DNA of 62,665 nucleotides, counting the filler, from Chiloscyllium plagiosum (taxonomy: Eukaryota), in assembly GCF_004010195.1 (NCBI RefSeq). It is 4 parts of one record of this genome, joined end to end, with 100 filler letters (N's around TTAATTAATTAA, not from the genome) between each part and the next. Parts side by side here need not be neighbours in the genome. Positions count along the whole stretch, not along the records: positions 45,316 to 60,058 come from NC_057717.1; positions 60,159 to 62,665 come from NC_057717.1; 2 more parts are not named here. One strand, given 5' to 3'. The notes under the pieces were generated by a model. It was given only the letters and a program-made list of their open reading frames with translations. It did no database searches and was not told the origin of the DNA. Positions 50,886 through 62,665 of this stretch are shown piece by piece. Position 1 is the first letter of the stretch; every line of letters begins with the position of its first letter. The translations under genes were made by a program, and so were the position numbers.

Positions 50886-52089
50886 GGGGGAAAGGGAACA
50901 GGGTTATCATTAACAATTGTGTTTTGAACTGGAAGAATTTTTCAAGCAAATTTTGAGCGTTGAGGTGTGGACGTTCTGGATAGATTAGTTTAACCCAACA
51001 ACATTCTCTGATTTATGAGAGCCCCCAGCGCGCCCATGGGTTTCTCTGATTGGTTGGAGGACCAGTGCCTCCAGCTTGGTCCTATAGGTCCGCCTCTTCG
51101 CTGTTGGACATTATATGTCATCAGTTGGGATGGGTCCTGCAACATGCATAGGGTTAACATGAACTGTGAGCATGCTTGTGGCGAGCGATCATTGCAACGA
51201 AATGTTGTCGTCTCCAATCGACAGTCGGTGAGTGAGGTCTAAAGGGGAGCAAAGCGCCAGGTTCTATAGCCCAGTTAGAGATTTCATGTTTGGTCATTAT
51301 ACGATTGTAGACCCAAACGTAGTGTATCCTGGGTCGCGAATTAAGCCACAGAGAGCCTGAGTCTTCTTCCCAGAAACATGCCCCTGTCAGCGATCGCTAT
51401 TCCTGTTTCAGTTTCTTTTTTAAATTTATCAGGCCACTGCTGGTTTATCTATCTTTAGTGTAAATAGAGCTGAAAATAAATGATACTGTTTGAAATCATT
51501 GCTGTGGTCCATGACGATGTGGTGTTGTTGGAAGACGCTTGTGTGTGTATTCGTGACTGGGATTGATGGGAAAGTGTATCCCATGAACACCTCTGTCCCT
51601 TACCTTACTGTAAATTTGTCAGAGACGGAAAGAATGGAACAGGAAGTGGAGAGACCGGACTCCTCAGCAGGAAAGCGGGTCGCGGGACTTTTGGAATGTG
51701 GAGTCATTCATTGCCAATCGCTCAACAAAAACCCGACCCATTGTTTTTCTCACGGATCCCCTTCGCCACCCTTTCCTACTACTCCTTCCACCCAGTATCA
51801 GCAACATTTTAAAGACGTTTACTTATTTCATACATACTATGTCGCTTTTGTCAGAACATTCAGTAATTTGAGAACTGGAATGAAATTGAGATACAGAACA
51901 GCAGTGTACGAACCTCAACAATGACTTTGCACCTCCTCGAACTGCTGAAGTTCGTATGCTAAAATTATGCCCCGATTGCTGTTTGGTAAGTATTTACAGG
52001 AATATTTTTTTTAAAAATCTAGATAATGTGTTACTGATATTTGTGTCAGTTAAAAAACAATTGGTTTTTATATCCCACCTTTAACAGAA

Positions 52090-53800
52090 TGGAGGGATGA
52101 AAAATTAGAACAGGACTGGCTTGTTGTGATGTTTGATCCTTCTCCCTAATTCAGTCTGATCTTGGCTGATCATTCCGCGCAGTAACCTGCAAACTCTTTA
52201 GGCCGACACATTTTGATACCTCTTGCACTCAAAACTACAGATATCTTCATGTTGTCAACATTCCACGTTCTGGCAGCAAATTTCACTGAGTAACCAGTAT
52301 TTGATTTAAAAAATAAAACCCTCATCTCAGTCTTAAATGGACTACCCCATATTATTAGGAGTGACGCCAGCTCCCCACCCTCTATGGTTTGGACGCCCTG
52401 GTCATTGAAAGCATCCTTCCTGCATTTACCTTATTCGTACCATTTAGAATTTTATTCTTTTCTGTGACATCCTACTTCATCATTCTAAACTTGAGTGATT
52501 ATCATCCTAACGAATCCTCACACATCAGTCCTGCCATCCCATGAATCAGTCTGGTAAATCTTTGTTGTGCATTCTCTTTATGGAGAATATTCTTCATCAG
52601 ATAAGTGCACACAACACTCTAGGTTGTGGTGTCAACAAGACCCTGCACAATTTCAGCAAGTCTTGAATGTTCCTTTGTTCAAATCCTCTCAGTACAAAGG
52701 CTAACACACCGTTTGCCTTCCTCACCTGTTGCTGCGCCTGCATGCTTATGTTCAGCGATTTGTGTACAAGAAGACGAGATCTCCTTTCCTAGTTTACTTT
52801 CGTAGATTTATGCTGGTTCTGTCCAATCCAGTTACTGTTTACTAGTGTTCGGCTAACTTTTCTGTCATTCCATGTTTTCTCGCTACTTCCTCTTATAAAT
52901 ATTGGGGTCACATTAACTGACCTCCAATCCATAGATATCGTTTCAGATTCGATAGAATATTGAAATATGACAATTAATGTACTCTAGTTAGACTCCACAC
53001 TCAAGTTACAGAAAGCATTCACTGCAGTTAGGGTGGCTTTAATTACACTGGTGTTTGATTCGCAGTTGGTGGAATTTATTGTCTTTTAATCTTATCAATT
53101 TCCACAACACCAACTCCCTGATAATACTGATTTCCTCCAGTTACTCCCTCTCCTTTTCTTCCCAGCACTTTAAGAATATTACTTGCGTCATCATTTTTGT
53201 TGACATAATCAATATACATATTTATTTGGTATGCCATATATTTATCCCACATTATAACATCCTCTGTTTCTCATTGTAAAGGATTTGTTTTCAATAATCG
53301 TATTTTTCTCCCTTCAAGTACCTTCAGGAGCTTTAACAATTCATTATTTGCTTCTCTCAAGCTTACTGTTAAGCGAAATTTTCGCTCTGCATTAATTCTT
53401 TCTTCATCTTGTGCTGATATCTGAACGGCTCCCAGTCTTCATGTCTGCTGATATTTTCAGCCGATTTGTAAGCCTCCTCCTAGAGTGCAGTACAATGCTC
53501 TAATATCCGTTGTTAGCCATGGCATGGCCATGTTTCCCGTTTTCTTTGTGTCAGGCAGGAATGAGAAGCAGTTGCAGTTCCTGCAAATGCTTTTTAATTG
53601 CTTGTCCTCCCTTTAATTTCTGTTCCCCAATTCGTTGTACCCTACTCACGCTTCATATCAGTGTCATTTCTTCTATTTAGATTTCGGCTTATAAACTCAG
53701 TCAGCTCTATCACCCTCCACCTTAATGAAGAGTTCTCTCACTGAATTCACTCTTCCATTAGGGACAGCATAGAGACAGATTGTCAATTATTCCTTGTCAT
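52090..53800 (-). mobile_element. Old, highly degenerate CR1 LINE
   Basis: CR1-like 3' tail near 52100 and reverse ORF2 remnants (aagtgcacacaacactctagg...; ggctaacacaccgtttgccttc). Confidence 0.6.
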
Positions 53801-56384
53801 ATATGCAAATAAATCTTTGAAATCAAAGTTGACATCTTCTCAGGCCTGCTGTCTCATTAGAGAGAGAAAGAGAGATCGCACGAGTTGACTGATGGTGCTT
53901 TAACTTGAGAGTCGTTGTGCCTCAGGCAAGGCGCAGGATTGAGAATGTGGGTACTTCATGAGGCCAGTACGAGAACTGTGCACATGCTGATGCTGTCATT
54001 CATCATCGCAATCTCGTCGACCAGCCAAATAAATTAATCCACCAATGGCCAGTAAACAGTACGTAATCGAGGGTGTTCTGTCCTCCATTTGTGACCTTAA
54101 TATAGCGACTCAGAAAACCATCTCATACATACACCAGGTACGTCTCCTCCATAGTATTGTTACTGATCTGACTTGCTCAGTCTATGGGCAGATTGAAGTC
54201 ACACGCAATAGCGAGAAGGCCACCAGATAAAGGAGCATAATTAGGCCATTCAACCCATCGAGACCTCTCCATTATTTGGTCATGGTTGATATGTTTCTCA
54301 ACCTCATTCTTCTGCTTTAAACCATCTCCTGTAAATGTTGATCCCCTCATCAATCAGGGGCCTATCTATGTCTATCTTGAATATTCGCAATGACTTGCCA
54401 AAGAGTTCCAAAGAATGACTACCCTCTTGCTGAAGAAAATCCTCCACATCTCACTTCAAATGGTAATCCTTTCTCTCCGAGACTGTGCAGTCGGCTCCTG
54501 GTCTCTCGTGCTAGTTGAAAAACTTCTTCACAGCCACTTTACTTACACTTCTCCTTATTGTATAAGTTTCAATCAGCTCCTCCTCAAACTTCTAAACTGC
54601 ATCCAGTACAGCCCCCGAGTTTTCAACATTTCATGACAAGCATTTCCTCCCCCCAGGATCATTCTTTTAAATCTTCTTCTGACCCTTTCCAATGTCAACA
54701 CATCTTCTGGAGTATTGTGTACAGTTGTGGTTTCCTCGTTATGAGAAGGGTTGTATTAAATTGGAGAGGGTTCAGAAAGTATTTACCAGGATGATGTCAT
54801 GAATGGAAGTCTTCTGTTATTAAAATAGGCTGCGTTTTTTTTTCACTGGAGCAGAGGATTTCGGCGTATGTCCTTATAGAGATTTGTAAAATCACGAGGA
54901 GCATAAATAAGATTACTATCAAAGGTGAGGGAGTTCGAATCAAGGGGCATATTTTTAAAGTACGAGAAAGAAGATTTATAAAGGACATGATGGGCAGCTT
55001 TTGTTTTCCGCACTTTGGTAACTGTGCGTAATAAACCTCTAGAGGAAGTGATGGATGCAGGTACAGTTAAATTATTTAAAAGTCATTTGGATAAGTAAGT
55101 GATTAGGAATATATTGGAGGTATATGGGCCAAATGCAGGCAGGCGGATCTATTTTAATTTGGCAGTGTTCCGCATGGTATATATGGAGTGAATGGTCTGT
55201 TAAACTGCTGTATGACTCTGACTCTACCCTTCGATATCGGGCCTAACTTCTTGCAATATTCCAAATGCGGTCTGCCACAACTATATAAATCCCCAACTGG
55301 ACATCTCTGTTCTTGCATTCGAGGCGCCTTGATATAAATTATAAAATTGAATTTTCCTTCTTTAATTCCAACTGAACCTGCCTGATCTAGGGCTCCCAAA
55401 TCACTTTGCGCTTCGGATTCCTAAAGGCTTTCATGAACAGAAATTAGTCGAAGCCTGCCTTCTTCCTCTCATACTGCATAACCTAACACATGCCATATTG
55501 TATTCCATTTGCCAATTCTTTGACTCTCTGCGTCTGCCCAGGTCCTTATGAAGTCTCCCAGCTTTCTTGACACGACCTGTCTCTCCAACGTCGTTTGTGT
55601 CAACTGCAAATGCAGCGACAATGCACTCTACTCCTTTGTCCAGATGTTTAATGTATAACGTGAACAGTTTTGCTCTCAACACCGATCGCTGTGCACGTCT
55701 TCGAAGTCAATGGCTGCCGTCCTGTAAAGGACCCCTCTGTTCTCACTCAGCCTATCAGCCAATCCCCTCCTTGTCACTAACAGCACGCTCTTATCTTATT
55801 TAGCAGTGTGCTGTATGGCACGTTATCACAGGACTTAAGAGTATTTAATTAGATCACGTCACTGGCTCTGCTTTGTCTTACTTGCTTTGTACTTCCTTAA
55901 AGAGATCGAGCATAGCTGTCAGACATGACGTCCAATTGATGAAGACATGCAGACTTTGCTCTATTTAACCATCCATTTCCAAGTACTGTGCAACACTATC
56001 GTTCGCATGGCCGACAGTAATCTGTGTCTGCCTCTCCCCTTTCTTTCAGCAGGGGTGTTGCATTTAAAAATTTCCAGTCATCTGGGACCCACTCTGACGC
56101 CTGTGACTCCTGATTGATCACCACCATTCTCTCGATAATCTCCTCAGCAATCTCCTTCAGAAATCGGGTATGCAGTACATCTGGTCTCAGTGACTTAATT
56201 CCTTCAGACCTTGCAGCTTCCCCGGCATCTTCTCATTAGTGTTGGCATTACATTCACTTCTTCCCTACGTGCCTCTTAATTCACGTATTTTGTTGTTGTC
56301 TTCCACTGTGAAAACTGATGCAATGTACGTGCTCACCTGCAACATTTCGTTGTTCCCCATTACATCTTCTCCAGTGCTCTAATT

Positions 56385-56565
56385 TGCACCCTTCTCTCTG
56401 TTATCTCTCCACCCTTCAGGCGCTCTGCCTGTATTCCTGATGAAGGGCTTTTGCCCGAAAAGTCGCATTTTCCTGCTTCTTGGATGCTGCCTGAACTGCT
56501 GTCCTTTACCAGCATCACACTACTCCAGAATCTGGTTTCCAGCATCTGCAGTCATTGTTTTTACT
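56385..56565 (+). mobile_element. Penelope pseudo-LTR fragment
   Basis: attcctgatgaagggcttttgcccgaaa...ggatgctgcctgaactgctg...tggtttccagcatctgcagtc. Confidence 0.8.
56433..56468 (+). ncRNA. Minimal hammerhead-ribozyme-like motif (probably mutated)
   Basis: CTGATGA (56437-56443), stem II GGGC-TTTT-GCCC, GAAA (56457-56460), then A-GTC. Confidence 0.6.
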
Positions 56566-57040
56566 TTACTATTCTCTCTGTAAACTTTTAAATATGTGAA
56601 CAAACTCTTGCAACATTCTTTATATTTCAAGTTCACTCACTTACATGCTAAAACTTAATAACTCATCTTGCCATTTCAGTTGTTCTGTGCTCGTTATTAA
56701 AGTCTTCCCAATGCTCTCGGTTTCACTAATCTACATCAGATGGGTTTTTTTTTGCTTTTGTTTCTGTACTCTCCCTGACTTCTCTTATCAGTCATGTTTG
56801 CTTTATCCTCTCTTAAGCATGTTTAGGTGGCGTGAGGCGCTGACGGAGTGCCATTTGGACTTGGGATAACGTCTGCCAACTTTACAGGATAGCAGAGTAC
56901 ATGGATCAAGACTTTGACGAGGATACAATGATTGTGGGTTTCTCTCCTGGACTGGTAGAGATGGGTTTACGAAATAGCATTTAGAGTGAGTTCAGAGGAG
57001 AGCATTTACACACACCAAACCCAAACCAAGGTATATTTGT

Positions 57041-57190
57041 TAAGAAAGTGAGGACTGCAGATGCTGGAGATCAGAGCTGAAAATGTGTTGCTGGAAACGC
57101 GCAGCACGTCAGGCAGTTTCCGAAACGTCGATTCTCCTGCTCCTTGGATGCTGCCTGACCTGTTGCGCTTTTTCAGCAACACATTTTCAG
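57041..57190. mobile_element. 150-bp fold-back Penelope pseudo-LTR insertion with 14-bp target-site duplication
   Basis: CAAGGTATATTTGT at 57027-57040 and 57191-57204; ~41-bp inverted arms at 57076-57116 and 57151-57191. Confidence 0.85.
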
Positions 57191-58127
57191 CAAGGTATAT
57201 TTGTATCTTCTGAATTTCTCAACTGGATTGACAATGATGAATTTTATACACCCCTGTTTGTTATTTTACCATAAGTCCTGTCGACTGTGTCTTTATGAGT
57301 TTGCCACCAATTACCATCCCTGGAGCCTGTGACTGTCACAACTCAACTCCATTTTCGTTCTGCTTCTCAGATCATAAGGATCAAGAAAATCTGCTTCATT
57401 TTTATTTCCTAATGTCTGTCTGCACACGCTAAAACATTTATTTTCCTTCTTTCCCTGCACATACAAATCTACCAACTAATTTAATCCAGCATATCCTGTT
57501 TTTTCAAAAAATATTTCAGCTGCTGCAGTATTTTGCTATTATTTTCTTGCAAGTGTTTCTCGCAACACTGAGTCTGAAAGTACAGATGCTCCAACGATTA
57601 GCTGCTTTCTCACTGAGTTTTGGATACAGAAACAGATCAATGGACTAAAGTATGAGTATTTGTTTCTTTAATTTTAGTCACAATTACCGAATGATTACAA
57701 CAGAATGTAATTTGGCGGATCGTGCCCATGCTAGTTCCCTGAGCAGATTAGTTCACCCCACTTTCCAGCGCTTTCTTGAGCAAGACTGGCAGATATTGTC
57801 AATCTCCAATTGCCTATGTAGAAGTCGATGAATTATCTTCTTGAATTGCTGCAGTGCAGTAGTGCACGTGGTCCCTGATCATAGGCAGGTGAGGAGTTAC
57901 AGGTTAAACACCTGGAAATGATGAAGGAATTGCAATGGATATCCAAATCAACAACATCAGATTGTAATTCTATCCCGTCTTCCATCTATCAAACTGTACA
58001 AGATGATTCACAGGAATGTGAAAAGGCAACACTTGACACTGAGCCACATAAAGAGTTGTTTAGGCAATTGACCGAGCATGTTTGAATGGGTTCTCTCACA
58101 ATTATATGCTTCAAATCAATTTTACAC

Positions 58128-58379
58128 GGTATTAGAAGGATTGATTTGCAATCTGCAAATTTGGACCAAAGATCACAGCAGAGTCTGACGGAGTCACATC
58201 ATTTATCCTAACCTGAATAATATGGAATTCTGAACGGAAAGGTACAAACTTCGTTCAAAGTCAGGATAAACAGAGCACGTGTGTGTGGGCGAGGCTTCAG
58301 AAGATCATCTGGCCTGGCAAGACGCAAAGCGAATCAGCACAGTGAGAAACTTTGCAAATGTCAGGATTGTGGAAAAGGA
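58128..58379 (+). pseudogene. C2H2 (Kruppel-type) zinc-finger gene remnant, truncated
   Basis: 58281-58379 translates VCGRGFRRSSGLARRKANQHSEKLCKCQDCGKG (finger, TGEKP-like linker, start of next finger); frameshift before the first finger, His ligands degraded. Confidence 0.75.
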
Positions 58380-58480
58380 GAAAGTGAGGATCGCAAATGC
58401 TTGCAATCAGTGTCGAAGAATGTGGTACTGGAAAAATACAGCCCGTGAGTAAACATTCAATCATGAGCCCTTCATTAGGA
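58380..58480 (-). mobile_element. Degenerate Penelope pseudo-LTR fragment interrupting the zinc-finger remnant
   Basis: gaaagtgaggatcgcaaatgc...ctggaaaa...gagcccttcattagga, related to the 57043 and 56433 copies. Confidence 0.6.
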
Positions 58481-59140
58481 GATTAAATGTCCCAAAATAT
58501 GATAGAAGGGGCACAGAAAGAACAGGAAAGAGGTCGTACTTCAAAAGTTAACTGAACTAAACTTTGAGTCAATTAGACCAGACAGGCTTCGTCCCAGAAT
58601 GTTGAAGAAAGAGGAAGACAATGAAAGAATGTGGATGCGCNNNNNNNNNNNNNNNNNNNNNNNNNNNNNNNNNNNNNNNNNNNNNNNNNNNNNNNNNNNN
58701 NNNNNNNNNNNNNNNNNNNNNNNNNNNNNNNNNNNNNNNNNNNNNNNNNNNNNNNNNNNNNNNNNNNNNNNNNNNNNNNNNNNNNNNNNNNNNNNNNNNN
58801 NNNNNNNNNNNNNNNNNNNNNNNNNNNNNNNNNNNNNNNNNNNNNNNNNNNNNNNNNNNNNNNNNNNNNNNNNNNNNNNNNNNNNNNNNNNNNNNNNNNN
58901 NNNNNNNNNNNNNNNNNNNNNNNNNNNNNNNNNNNNNNNNNNNNNNNNNNNNNNNNNNNNNNNNNNNNNNNNNNNNNNNNNNNNNNNNNNNNNNNNNNNN
59001 NNNNNNNNNNNNNNNNNNNNNNNNNNNNNNNNNNNNNNNNNNNNNNNNNNNNNNNNNNNNNNNNNNNNNNNNNNNNNNNNNNNNNNNNNNNNNNNNNNNN
59101 NNNNNNNNNNNNNNNNNNNNNNNNNNNNNNNNNNNNNNNN

Positions 59141-60058
59141 ATCAAAAAGTCACAACACTTTTCCAACAAACTCTATTTTGCTCAGTTATGTACTGTGTCC
59201 TTTTCATAGAACCATGGAACTCCTACAGTGTGCAAATAGGCCGTTCAATTCAACAAGTCCACACTGACCTTACGAAGAAGAACTCAACTTAGACTTATTC
59301 TCCTCACATTTTATTTTGTGTTTACCCCTAACTTATGCGACTAACTTACACATCCCTGAACACGATGCGAAATTTAGCATGGCCAATTCTCCGAACTCTT
59401 CTCGTTTCCTCATACTGGTGCTCCAAGAATCTCTGGTTCATGTCAGTTAAAGTTGCTACGAGGTATCGAGGAAAAGCACGAAAGTAGAAATAAATTTTAT
59501 CAGATCAGCGGTAATCCCATTGAATGGCTGTGCAGACATAGGGGGAATGAAGGATTCATGAGAACAAGTGTGTTTTCTTTGTGAAATTGTCCGCTTCACA
59601 ATGTGGGGTCTATTGGAGTGAGGTGGTGAAGTTGATTATTTTTACTAGTTATTCACCCTGTGAACGGTTACAATTGTTTCTCCTGTCCCTGATATCATCA
59701 CAGAACTGCACCATGTGCACTGGAATCAATGGCTTAATAATTTGCTTGTTTGCAAGTCAGGGGGTTGTTCATTCGACTCTTCACTGTCTCAAAAACGCTG
59801 CTGATTTTTATTACACTTACAAACTCATTGTCCCAAAGCCGAGATGTGCTTTGAATTCCTTATCTGCAGGAAGAAGAATCTTAGAAATGCTGGGATTTAT
59901 GAACTATTGAAATGAGAGCATGCCCACTTTCAATCTATTGTCCACTTGTAAGTATCGTCGATAACACCGCAATTCTTTGTTTAACAGATTCGTTTTTAAA
60001 GAGTAGTTCGGTGGGGTAATAGAAAGTACAAAAATGATCAACCCAATTCCACCAAATC
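59141..60058. repeat. Duplicated block C, copy 2
   Basis: Collinear with 46239-46557 plus 47967-48566; flanked by gaps. Confidence 0.92.
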
Positions 60059-60158
60059 NNNNNNNNNNNNNNNNNNNNNNNNNNNNNNNNNNNNNNNNNN
60101 NNTTAATTAATTAANNNNNNNNNNNNNNNNNNNNNNNNNNNNNNNNNNNNNNNNNNNN

Positions 60159-61320
60159 AAGAGGGTTTCAGATTTATGGCTCGTTGGGATTTTGTCCAGG
60201 GCAGGTGGAACTTGTAAAAAAGGACAGGGTCCATTTTAACTGGAGGGATATTAACATCCTGGCAGGGAGGTTTGATGATGCATCTTGGGTGGAGTTAAAT
60301 GAATAATGCAGGAGACTGAAAACCAGAGCAGCAGGACAGCAAGTGAGCTGAAATTAGAGTTTAATAGAATAGACAGGCAGGGCCAGTCTAATGACTATGC
60401 TGAGGAAAATAATCATAGCAATTTTTAAAATGTGAGTGAAAATGATAGGTTCAGTATTATTGGAGATCAAAAAATAAGAATGGAGTGTGTGGAGTACGAC
60501 AAAAGTATTAAAGGAGATAAACCAATCCAATAGAACTTATGTAAATGCCTTGTACCTAAATGCATGGAATATTTGGAAAAAATGACAGCACAAACAGAGT
60601 GGGGCTTACAGAAAGGTGGTTACAGGAAGGTCAGTGTTGGGAAGTGAAATGTCCAAGGGTACTCATTACTCAGACAAGAACGTACAGCAGGTTGAGTTGC
60701 TGCATTGATTAAGAATGATATCAAGGCTGCATTAAAAATGACATTAGCACGTGGGACCAAAATGACAAATCAGTTTGGATCCAAATAAAGCACATGGAAA
60801 CAAACCTGCTTCTAGGAGTAATTTCATGCCACAATACTCCCATCCTCCAAACATACTTTCAAAAACCATGGAATAACAATGGCTTGTGAGAAGGGCACAA
60901 GAGTGAGCAATCTGTGTATGCATATTGGCTTAATTAATCAATTTGGCAAGAGTAGCCTCAAATAACGATGCGCAGAATGTATGACGGATTATTTCTTAGA
61001 ACAACAAACCAGAAAACTGGCTTTTAGATTTAGTGTGAACAATGAGGAAGGAGTGATAAATCATCTTATAGTAGAGGATCCTTTAGAAAGAGTGACCGTA
61101 ACATGCTGGAGTTTCACATTCAGATTCAAAGATACAAGGGTTTTAGTATTGGGCAGTGATAATTATGTGGAAGGATTGGCCTGAGTGGATTCGAAAAAAT
61201 AACATTGAAGGGCAGAACATTTGAAGAACAACGGCAAATAATTAGGAAGATAGTAAAAACACATCAATTAAAGTTTATTCCTGAGTGGAAGAGGAATTGT
61301 AAAAAAAGATAAAACTTCAT
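60159..61320 (+). mobile_element. Old CR1 LINE: ORF1 esterase C-terminus and ORF2 endonuclease remnants
   Basis: HFNWRDINILAGRF (esterase end); tgccttgtacctaaatgca (CLYLNA); NEEGVINHLIVEDPLERV. Confidence 0.7.
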
Positions 61321-62665
61321 TCATACCTTAACAAAGAAGACTATGATAAGATGAAAGTGATGTCCTGGTGATATTATCGCCAACTGCTGATTCAGCGATC
61401 AAGATAATATTCTAGGAACTCAGATTCAAATGCCGGCACTGCAAATGCTGGAATCTAAATTCGACATAAATCTGCAATTAAGCTTTACTGATTAATGGTG
61501 AGATCACTTTCACTTCAAAATTATGTCTCCTTCATATTGAGCACTCGAGTAAGGGGAAGAGCTGCTCTCTGTTCAAACTGTCCATAAACCTCATGCTCTT
61601 AAATGCCTCAATCAGGAACCCGTCTCAAACTTCTCTGCTTCAAAATCATCTAACCCCTCATCATAGTTTGAGTACTCTCTCTTGTCTTGTTACTTCTGAA
61701 ATGTATCACCTCACGTTTATCAGTCAAATCTCATCAGCCATTGATCTAGCCACCTGAACATGCTAGTTTAAAGATGATTTATATCATCTTTAAACTAGCA
61801 TGTTCCTTCTCACTGTGAACCACCCACCTAACCTTTGTGTCATCCATAACATTATTTGTCATTCCCCCAAAATCCATCCCTCACATTCTCATCATCATCA
61901 ATTTTGAAGCTCACAGATGAGACTTGTCTTATTTCTCCTGTTCTTCAGATGTTGTTCAAAGGAGAAGAATTAAGAATTCCAGTCTCTTGTTCTTCCTATT
62001 TTTGGTGAATTTACAGCGTGATGCAGTTGAGGTCTTTTTATGAGAGAGCCACAGATTTGTTTTGGACATGTAGCTGAATTCTCCTTTTATACTATTCTTC
62101 TCTGTATGTTTTAATCATAATGCTTGCATGTGTTTAATATTGGACTAGGTCGGGCTTACTTCGTCTGCAACATTTGTATTTTACGTGACCTGGATAATGT
62201 CCTTTGTAACATTCCCTGCAATACTCAGAGCTGAAGGAATTTTCCATCTGCAGGATGGGCACAGGCTCATATGATTGCTTGAAAGAGCTGGAGAGATGAG
62301 GATAAAGATTCAATTAAATGCTACACATATACACACGGTAGGAGATCAAATCATATCGCCAAGTCTACCTTGCATTTGAAACAAATTATTAGAACATATG
62401 CCCACTCTTCTTTAAATTGTAAAAACAAGTTTTAATACGTGTTCTTAGAGCAGTATGGATCTTACAGCCGCTCGTGGGATTGCAAGCATAGTTAAAGATT
62501 AATTATAGTCTTATATTCAATTTAATGTAGTTCATATTGTTTATTAATATAAGATTATTTTTCAATTTTGTTTTATTAAAATTCAAAACCAAACAAAAAA
62601 AAAACAAGCAAAATTATCTTTTTTTCGAACGAACATTGTTTTAACGAGCTTTTCAAAGAGCGGGG

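Larger units (their letters stand above)
54230..56830. mobile_element. Cluster of old CR1 fragments (minus 54230-54700, plus 54710-55220, minus 55240-56830)
   Basis: Peptides GRPHLEYCKKL and LFTLYIKHLDKGVECIVAAFAVDT; ttggagagggttcagaaagtatttaccagg. Confidence 0.75.

Overview
Eukaryotic, repeat-dominated genomic DNA, most likely from a cartilaginous fish (shark); this is inferred from the repeat repertoire (CR1 LINEs, HE1-like tRNA-derived SINEs, Penelope-like elements). The assembly is a draft with several N-gaps and artificial TTAATTAATTAA linkers. I found no intact host protein-coding gene. Main contents: (1) a ~10.7-kb GA-rich polypurine tract with an embedded, amplified CR1-tail module; (2) three duplicated blocks, each abutting a 500-N gap; (3) two long arrays of a 34-35-bp hairpin-containing satellite and one 44-bp satellite; (4) a decayed endogenous retrovirus on the minus strand at ~40.6-43.4 kb. 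The ERV retains RNase H, a DDE integrase with a GPY/F-type tail, a candidate env splice acceptor, and a signal-peptide env with an immunosuppressive domain and an atypical CX6CM motif. Also present are Penelope pseudo-LTR fragments with hammerhead-ribozyme cores, a C2H2 zinc-finger pseudogene, a solo-LTR/promoter-like element, and pseudo-exons of an unidentified gene. Most ORFs in the supplied track are artefacts of low-complexity DNA, satellites or N-runs.
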